Virus record (IMG/VR): IMGVR_UViG_3300010373_000005
Coordinates: 14,575-78,574 of that record
Origin: a virus
DNA length: 64,000 nt
Reading direction: 5' to 3' (one strand)
Part shown: one piece after another, positions 59,539 through 64,000 of the stretch
Numbering within the stretch: the stretch's first letter is position 1
Layout: the number at the start of each line of letters is the position of its first letter
Made by a program: the position numbers and the translations under genes
The notes under the pieces: model-generated
Databases searched by the model: none
What the model was told of the DNA's origin: nothing
Seen by the model: the letters and a program-made list of their open reading frames with translations, nothing else

Positions 59539-60014
59539 CAGCGAAGCCTCCTTACCATGATGGACCTGAGGTCCATGACTTGCCGTTCGCGCGCGGCATC
59601 GTCCGGAGTGACTAGGATCGGGCGCTGCGGGACGCTGCCGAGCCCCTCGTTGTGGATGGTCAGCAGCTCAGCTATCGACATCTGGGCGTCGGGATGCATC
59701 ACGTTACTGATGAACCCCATGGTGACTGACTTCGGACCGCGACGGATCACCTTGAGGGCTGCCTCCAGGTGCAGTCGCATGAACTTGGTGTCGACCAGTA
59801 TGCGTCGGCTTCTCTTGCGCCTAGCAGTGGCGGGCTTGAGCTCACGCCACGTTCCACCGCCGTGCGAGAACACGTCGAACCTGCGTACCACGAACTTGCG
59901 GTATGAGTCCACGAGCGAGTCAAGCAGCTCGACGGCGGTTCCCTTACCGTACCTGAGGTCGTCACGGAGCTTCTGCAGCTTCGTGAGATTTATCCTGAGT
60001 TTGGAAGTGAACAC
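59538..60014 (-). CDS. head-tail adaptor, HK97 gp10-like (158 aa)
   Basis: Track ORF 59538..60074 (TTG) trimmed to GTG 60012-60014, which has a GAGGAG SD and lies downstream of the 14-bp hairpin. GGGTWRELKPATARRKRSRRILVDTKFM resembles the W-x-x-L-x-P-x-T gp10 motif. Confidence 0.5.
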   Translation of the reverse strand: MFTSKLRINLTKLQKLRDDLRYGKGTAVELLDSLVDSYRKFVVRRFDVFSHGGGTWRELKPATARRKRSRRILVDTKFMRLHLEAALKVIRRGPKSVTMGFISNVMHPDAQMSIAELLTIHNEGLGSVPQRPILVTPDDAARERQVMDLRSIMVRRLR

Positions 60015-60033
60015 CGATGGCTCCTCGTGCGAT

Positions 60034-60065
60034 GAGATCACGCTCTTGATAAAGAGCGTGATCTC
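60034..60065 (-). terminator. perfect 14-bp stem / 4-nt loop hairpin, 10 nt after the capsid stop (no U-tract)
   Basis: gagatcacgctctt (60034-60047) and aagagcgtgatctc (60052-60065) are exact reverse complements. Confidence 0.45.
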
Positions 60066-60074
60066 AAATCTCAA

Positions 60075-61166
60075 CTAGGAGACCAGGTTGGCGAACTCGA
60101 CGGTCGGGATGTTGATGCCGGTGACGCCGATGAGGGCGGCAGGTCTCGTGCAGAGGAACAGGATGTTCGACTCCGTGTAGAGCTCGATGCCCATGTCGAA
60201 CTTCATCCGTTCCTGCTTCACGTAGATCGGCCGACCCGGCGTGTTGACCGTCTCGACGAAGTCCGCGGGACCCGGGGCCTCGATGAAGAGACCCTTGACG
60301 CCCTCCGGGATGATCACTGCGGAGGTATCCGCGAAGAACGGCACGTTGCCGATGAAGCCGCGGTAATTCTCCCACGTGATCTCGCCGAACTCGAACGTCT
60401 TGGCGTTGCCCATCCCATCCGGGACCTGGTTCTCGCGCAGCCAGAGGTTGCGCTCGCCGGTCTGCTGGTATTCCCAGGCCTTCTTGACGGTCGCGTGCGT
60501 CACGAACGCGTCGAAGAACAGATTGCCGCAGAAGCCGTGCAGCCCAGAGAACGTGGATGCGCCCAGGGCCTTCTGCATGGTGCGGACTACCGCGGTGCAG
60601 AACACCTTCATGTCGACCACCGGCTGCGGCGCCGAGTACGTGCCGTTGTCCGTGAAGTCGAGATTGACGGTCGTCTGGGTGACGCCCCAGTCCGTGAAGT
60701 AGTTCGCGATCTGCGTCGAGCCGTCGGCGTCGAGCACGATCCCGTTGATGCACCCGATACGCTGGTACTCCCAGGTCGCCTCGTGGTTCTGCTTCATGTC
60801 AGCGAGACGCTCGTTCACCAGGCTGGCGAACACCTCGGCCTCCGACTCAGAACCGAAGGCCCGTCTGCCCACCAGGTCGGCCGCGTAGACCGCGTCGGTC
60901 TGCGGCACGTGGGGGATCTGGAACGAGTGCAGCTTCCTGCGCTTCGGGCCCTTGGCCGTCATGTTGTACTGGCCGCGAGGCTGTACTGGCAAGAGCGACA
61001 GGATGCCCTGCTTGTCCTCGACCGTGGCGAACTGCGTGGTCTGGGGCTTCGACTCGAAGATGCCCAGCTCGCCGAGACGCGACGGCTTGTACGGCAGCTT
61101 GTCGATCGCCATCGTCAGCGACCGCATGTTGAACGCGTCCGTCTCGAATACGTCTAAGATTGACAT
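60075..61166 (-). CDS. major capsid protein, lambda gpE-type family (363 aa)
   Basis: N-terminal MSILDVFETDAFNMRSLTMAIDKLPYKPSRLGELGIFESKPQTTQFATVEDKQGILSLLP is characteristic of the phage major capsid protein E family. Size and position also fit. Confidence 0.85.
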   Translation of the reverse strand: MSILDVFETDAFNMRSLTMAIDKLPYKPSRLGELGIFESKPQTTQFATVEDKQGILSLLPVQPRGQYNMTAKGPKRRKLHSFQIPHVPQTDAVYAADLVGRRAFGSESEAEVFASLVNERLADMKQNHEATWEYQRIGCINGIVLDADGSTQIANYFTDWGVTQTTVNLDFTDNGTYSAPQPVVDMKVFCTAVVRTMQKALGASTFSGLHGFCGNLFFDAFVTHATVKKAWEYQQTGERNLWLRENQVPDGMGNAKTFEFGEITWENYRGFIGNVPFFADTSAVIIPEGVKGLFIEAPGPADFVETVNTPGRPIYVKQERMKFDMGIELYTESNILFLCTRPAALIGVTGINIPTVEFANLVS

Positions 61167-61197
61167 CCTGCCTGCTCCTGTGGAGTTGAGCCGTGTT

Positions 61198-61224
61198 ACT
61201 GCACTGCACTACAGTGAGTGCAGT
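61198..61224 (-). other. 8-bp hairpin between the decoration and capsid genes
   Basis: actgcact (61198-61205) pairs with agtgcagt (61217-61224). Confidence 0.4.
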
Positions 61225-61241
61225 CACACCGATTAAGTCTC

Positions 61242-61754
61242 TTACGTCGTCTGGGTTCCCGTGGTGGCGGGCGACTGGACCACGCCGATCGGCGGGCTGA
61301 GTGCGGCCAAGGCCGTGACGATGGTGGCCAGGGTATACGAGCCGCCAGCGGGGTCGGTCAGGGGAATGACGCTCTGGTTGATGAGCGCCGGACCGCGCCA
61401 CAGGATCGGATACTTCAGCGCGGTGATGCCGTTGTTCGCCAGAGCCTCTGGGATGCCGGTCGAGTCGTGCCCGAGGAACAGGGCCGTCGTACTGGCCTCG
61501 TCGCCCGACATGACCACCTCCCACTGCGCGCCCGACTTTTTGAGCGGGTGCCCCACCTGGAGCCATCCGACCAGTACCGAGACGCCTGAGGCGTTCTTGA
61601 CGGTGACGGCGTCTCGCTCGTAGCGCGGGTCCCACTCGCTCTTGAGCAGGTCGGACACCCTGACCCGGTCAGGTCCGAGCGCCTGCGCGGCGAACATCAC
61701 GCCCACCATGACGAAGGGGAGGGCCATCATGAGCGTGGTCAAGATCTCGTTCAT
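61242..61754 (-). CDS. head decoration-position protein with a hydrophobic N-terminus (170 aa)
   Basis: Track ORF 61242..61928 trimmed to ATG 61752-61754 (AGGAAA SD). It lies directly upstream of the E-type capsid gene, as lambda gpD does. The N-terminal ILTTLMMALPFVMVGVMFAAQALG is unusual for such a protein. Confidence 0.45.
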   Translation of the reverse strand: MNEILTTLMMALPFVMVGVMFAAQALGPDRVRVSDLLKSEWDPRYERDAVTVKNASGVSVLVGWLQVGHPLKKSGAQWEVVMSGDEASTTALFLGHDSTGIPEALANNGITALKYPILWRGPALINQSVIPLTDPAGGSYTLATIVTALAALSPPIGVVQSPATTGTQTT

Positions 61755-61794
61755 CTCTGTGTTTCCTGGTGGAAAGATGAGTACTCGTTCGATG

Positions 61795-63045
61795 TTAGCG
61801 ACGTGACGCCTTGGCCGCAGCGGCCTTCTTCTCGGCGTCGCGGAGCAGCGGGTTCTGGTCGTCCGGAACTTCCTGCACCTTGGTCTGCTCGCCCGTCCGG
61901 ATGTCCGGCAGGAGTGACAGCGAGGCACAGACGAAGTCGAAGTCGTCGGCGTTCTCGCCCAGCTCCTCCATGGAGAGGGCGAACCCGACGGCCCTGGGCG
62001 TGACGTACTTGTCGCGCAGGGCCTTGTACGCGGGCGCGGTGAGCTTGGGCCGAAGTGCGTCGAGCTGCGCCTTGCGGCCGTTGGTGACGAGCTTGACCAC
62101 TGCCGGACTGGGAGCGTGGGAGAGACTCATGGGAGAAGGTTCGTCCTCTTCGATGGGTTGAGACGGGCCCTTCTTGCGACGTCGCTCGGGCTCCATCGGG
62201 TCCTGCATGTCGGACGGGTAGTCCGCGTGTTCATCCTCGGCGCCTTCTTCTTCGAAGCCCTCGTCGCCGCCGGCAGTCGGGTCGTCGAGAGTCTCCGTGT
62301 CGGCGTGCTCGCCGGAAGGGTGCTCTCCGCCCCATGCCTCGGTGACGGCGGCCTCTGCGGCAGCCTCGTCTGCGTCTGGCGGCAGCTCCACCCCGAGGGT
62401 CTCGGCCACCTTCGCCCACGTCAGGGGTTCTTCGTCCATCTCTGCGCCTTCCTGTGATGAGTCGTCCAGTGCGAATTCGAAGCCAGCCGCGATAGGTTTG
62501 AACTTACCCAAAGCGGGGATCACCGGGTAGTCGGTGATGGCAACGTGCCGAATCGGGCGCTTGTAGGTCTTGCCGAAGCCGTTGTGGGCCCTCGGCGGCA
62601 TGAAGAGCGAGACGTCACTGTTGCTCAGCGCGGCCGCGATCTTCCTACTGTGGAATCTGGTATAGCAGAAAAGCGCGGGCTGCCCGTAGCGTGGACCAGG
62701 AGTATCCGAGGGCTCCACCGCCATGCGCTCGATCGTGCCCCGACGGGCCTCCGGGTGCGTCACGTGCCCGATGGGCAGCGGCACCTTGACACCGTCATTC
62801 TTCATCTCGTCGAAGGTACGGACCCAGTGATGAAGATCCTTCTGCCGGATGGTCAGCTCGAACTCGACGTTGCCGTAGTCGTCCTTCTTGACGAAGTGAC
62901 CAGGGTACGCGAGCTCCTTCCTGTAGAGCGTCCCGTCCCCTCGGTCCTCGCGCGCGAGCGCGAAGGGCCCGCAGTCTCCCGGAGTCCGGAAGAACCAATT
63001 ATTGCTCTCGAGGGCAACTCTTCGTGTACGCGCGGGTGCGACCAT
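61795..63045 (-). CDS. prohead protease/scaffold-like protein (Mu gpI-like) (416 aa)
   Basis: N-terminal domain LAYPGHFVKKDDYGNVEFELTIRQKDLHHWVRTFDEM...PLPIGH, followed by an acidic, Ala-rich scaffold-like C-terminal half. It lies between the MuF-like and decoration genes. Confidence 0.5.
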   Translation of the reverse strand: MVAPARTRRVALESNNWFFRTPGDCGPFALAREDRGDGTLYRKELAYPGHFVKKDDYGNVEFELTIRQKDLHHWVRTFDEMKNDGVKVPLPIGHVTHPEARRGTIERMAVEPSDTPGPRYGQPALFCYTRFHSRKIAAALSNSDVSLFMPPRAHNGFGKTYKRPIRHVAITDYPVIPALGKFKPIAAGFEFALDDSSQEGAEMDEEPLTWAKVAETLGVELPPDADEAAAEAAVTEAWGGEHPSGEHADTETLDDPTAGGDEGFEEEGAEDEHADYPSDMQDPMEPERRRKKGPSQPIEEDEPSPMSLSHAPSPAVVKLVTNGRKAQLDALRPKLTAPAYKALRDKYVTPRAVGFALSMEELGENADDFDFVCASLSLLPDIRTGEQTKVQEVPDDQNPLLRDAEKKAAAAKASRR

Positions 63046-63060
63046 ACCTGTAGACTTACC

Positions 63061-64000
63061 CTAGTAGAACACTCCGTGCATCGTACCGCCATTCCATACC
63101 TTGTACTCACCTAGCATCTTTCCGTGTCGAGTTACGAATCGCTTAGTATAATCTCTGCGAGAAATAGGTCCGATCGCGTTGACCACTAAGTGATCATTTC
63201 GATCATGCAATGAGACCCAGTTATGCTGATACGCCCAAATACGCGCGCGATCTACATTGTGCGCGTCCTTTGCAATGTCGTCTGGCACATGACCTCCCCA
63301 GACTAATGCTTCTGCGTGATTATATTGTCCATGAATCCATGACCCGTCCGGCTTCAACCAGCCTGTGAGTTCTGTGCCTGTCTTCTCCTCATCATGAGAC
63401 ATCCTCTTGGGCATCAGTTTCGAGAGCACCAGTCCAGGATTCCAGAGGAACTCCGAATCGACGTCCGGGACGCCGCCGAACCTCCTGGCCCTGGCCTGCA
63501 CGGACCCCCGGTAGATAGGTATCAGCACGCACCTGCAGTTCCAGCCGTTGGGAGGCGCGTACTTCTTCCAGAACGGGTCCTCCTTCTTGTATCGCTTCCC
63601 GTCCAGTGCTGCGTGCCCCGGCCTGACCCGGTCGTCCTCTGCCGTACGATACTCGTAACCCCACACGGCAGGATCTCTGTACGTCCTGAGCCACGTCGCG
63701 GCATTCCTGCCGATGTACGCGTGCGTCCTCTTCAGCGTCTCGAACACGCTCCCGTCGTCGTCGGTGATGCCCACCTCGTTCAGGGCGCGCTTGATCTCCT
63801 TAACCCTGTGCCCCGGCGGAACCTTCGCGGTGTCGACCAGCGCTCTCAGCAAGGCGTCGCGCACGTTGGCCCGTGTCGCGTCGGCGCTGGACCTCGCCAT
63901 CGTCTCGTAGAACTGGTCGACCCTCTTCTTCTGGTTCTTAGGCAGCCCGCGGAAGCCGCTGAGGGCCATGGCCGCGCAGTCTGAGGCGACTGACTCCCAC
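63061..64000 (-). CDS. Mu-F / SPP1 gp7-like minor head protein with a low-GC C-terminal extension; the 5' end may lie beyond the right edge
   Basis: EDDRVRPGHAALDGKRYKKEDPFWKKYAPPNGWNCRCV is the MuF signature. The frame stays open from ATG 63969 to the window edge, and there is no SD before that ATG. Confidence 0.75.
   Translation of the reverse strand, partial: WESVASDCAAMALSGFRGLPKNQKKRVDQFYETMARSSADATRANVRDALLRALVDTAKVPPGHRVKEIKRALNEVGITDDDGSVFETLKRTHAYIGRNAATWLRTYRDPAVWGYEYRTAEDDRVRPGHAALDGKRYKKEDPFWKKYAPPNGWNCRCVLIPIYRGSVQARARRFGGVPDVDSEFLWNPGLVLSKLMPKRMSHDEEKTGTELTGWLKPDGSWIHGQYNHAEALVWGGHVPDDIAKDAHNVDRARIWAYQHNWVSLHDRNDHLVVNAIGPISRRDYTKRFVTRHGKMLGEYKVWNGGTMHGVFY

Noticed and set aside
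1-64000. Prophage boundaries, an att site, an integrase, or a lysogeny switch.
   Set aside because: No integrase or recombinase, no divergent CI/Cro arrangement and no host-like flanking genes are visible. The window cannot distinguish a virulent phage from the interior of a prophage.

Overview
This window is a 64-kb interior stretch of a visibly GC-rich tailed-phage (siphovirus-type) genome or prophage. Every credible gene is on the minus strand, so transcription runs right to left. Genes are tightly packed and often linked by ATGA, GTGA or TGATG stop/start overlaps.

Gene order from right to left:
- Head and tail morphogenesis: a MuF-like minor head protein, a Mu-gpI-like protease/scaffold, a decoration-like protein, a lambda-E-type major capsid protein, an adaptor, a tail-completion protein and a major tail protein. 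These are followed by G/GT chaperones with a CCCAAAA slippery site, the tape measure, a distal tail protein and a repeat-built fibre.
- Two low-GC, Cys-rich proteins.
- A 7-gene enzyme island (46.2-51.3 kb): GT2, radical SAM, SAM-methyltransferase, 2OG-Fe(II) oxygenase, a GT-A-like transferase and two paralogous unknowns.
- A replication and nucleotide module: primase-helicase, a MazG-like protein, a C5-MTase-like protein, a ThyA-like enzyme carrying the cytosine-specific Asp, a P-loop kinase, and family-A DNA polymerase flanked by two low-GC HNH genes.
- A long run of small ORFs, an SNF2 helicase and a third HNH gene.
- A second sugar-transferase island (GT4-like and RGP/GT75-like), followed by a SET-domain protein, a VRR-NUC nuclease and ThyX.
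- An AT-rich segment bounded by 33-bp perfect inverted repeats.
- A GNAT acetyltransferase and an ECF-type sigma factor.
- A giant multidomain protein (ParB-like, HU-fold and GNAT-like domains plus repeated HPRD-HGEW modules) that runs off the left edge.

A family of sigma70-like promoters (TG[G/T]AC[A/G]-N17-TATA[A/G/A][T/A]) and a recurrent leader motif (CATCACTCG[A/T]A) are visible.

I saw no integrase, terminase, portal, lysis cassette, rRNA or CRISPR array in the window. All functional calls come from motif reading by eye; no searches were run.
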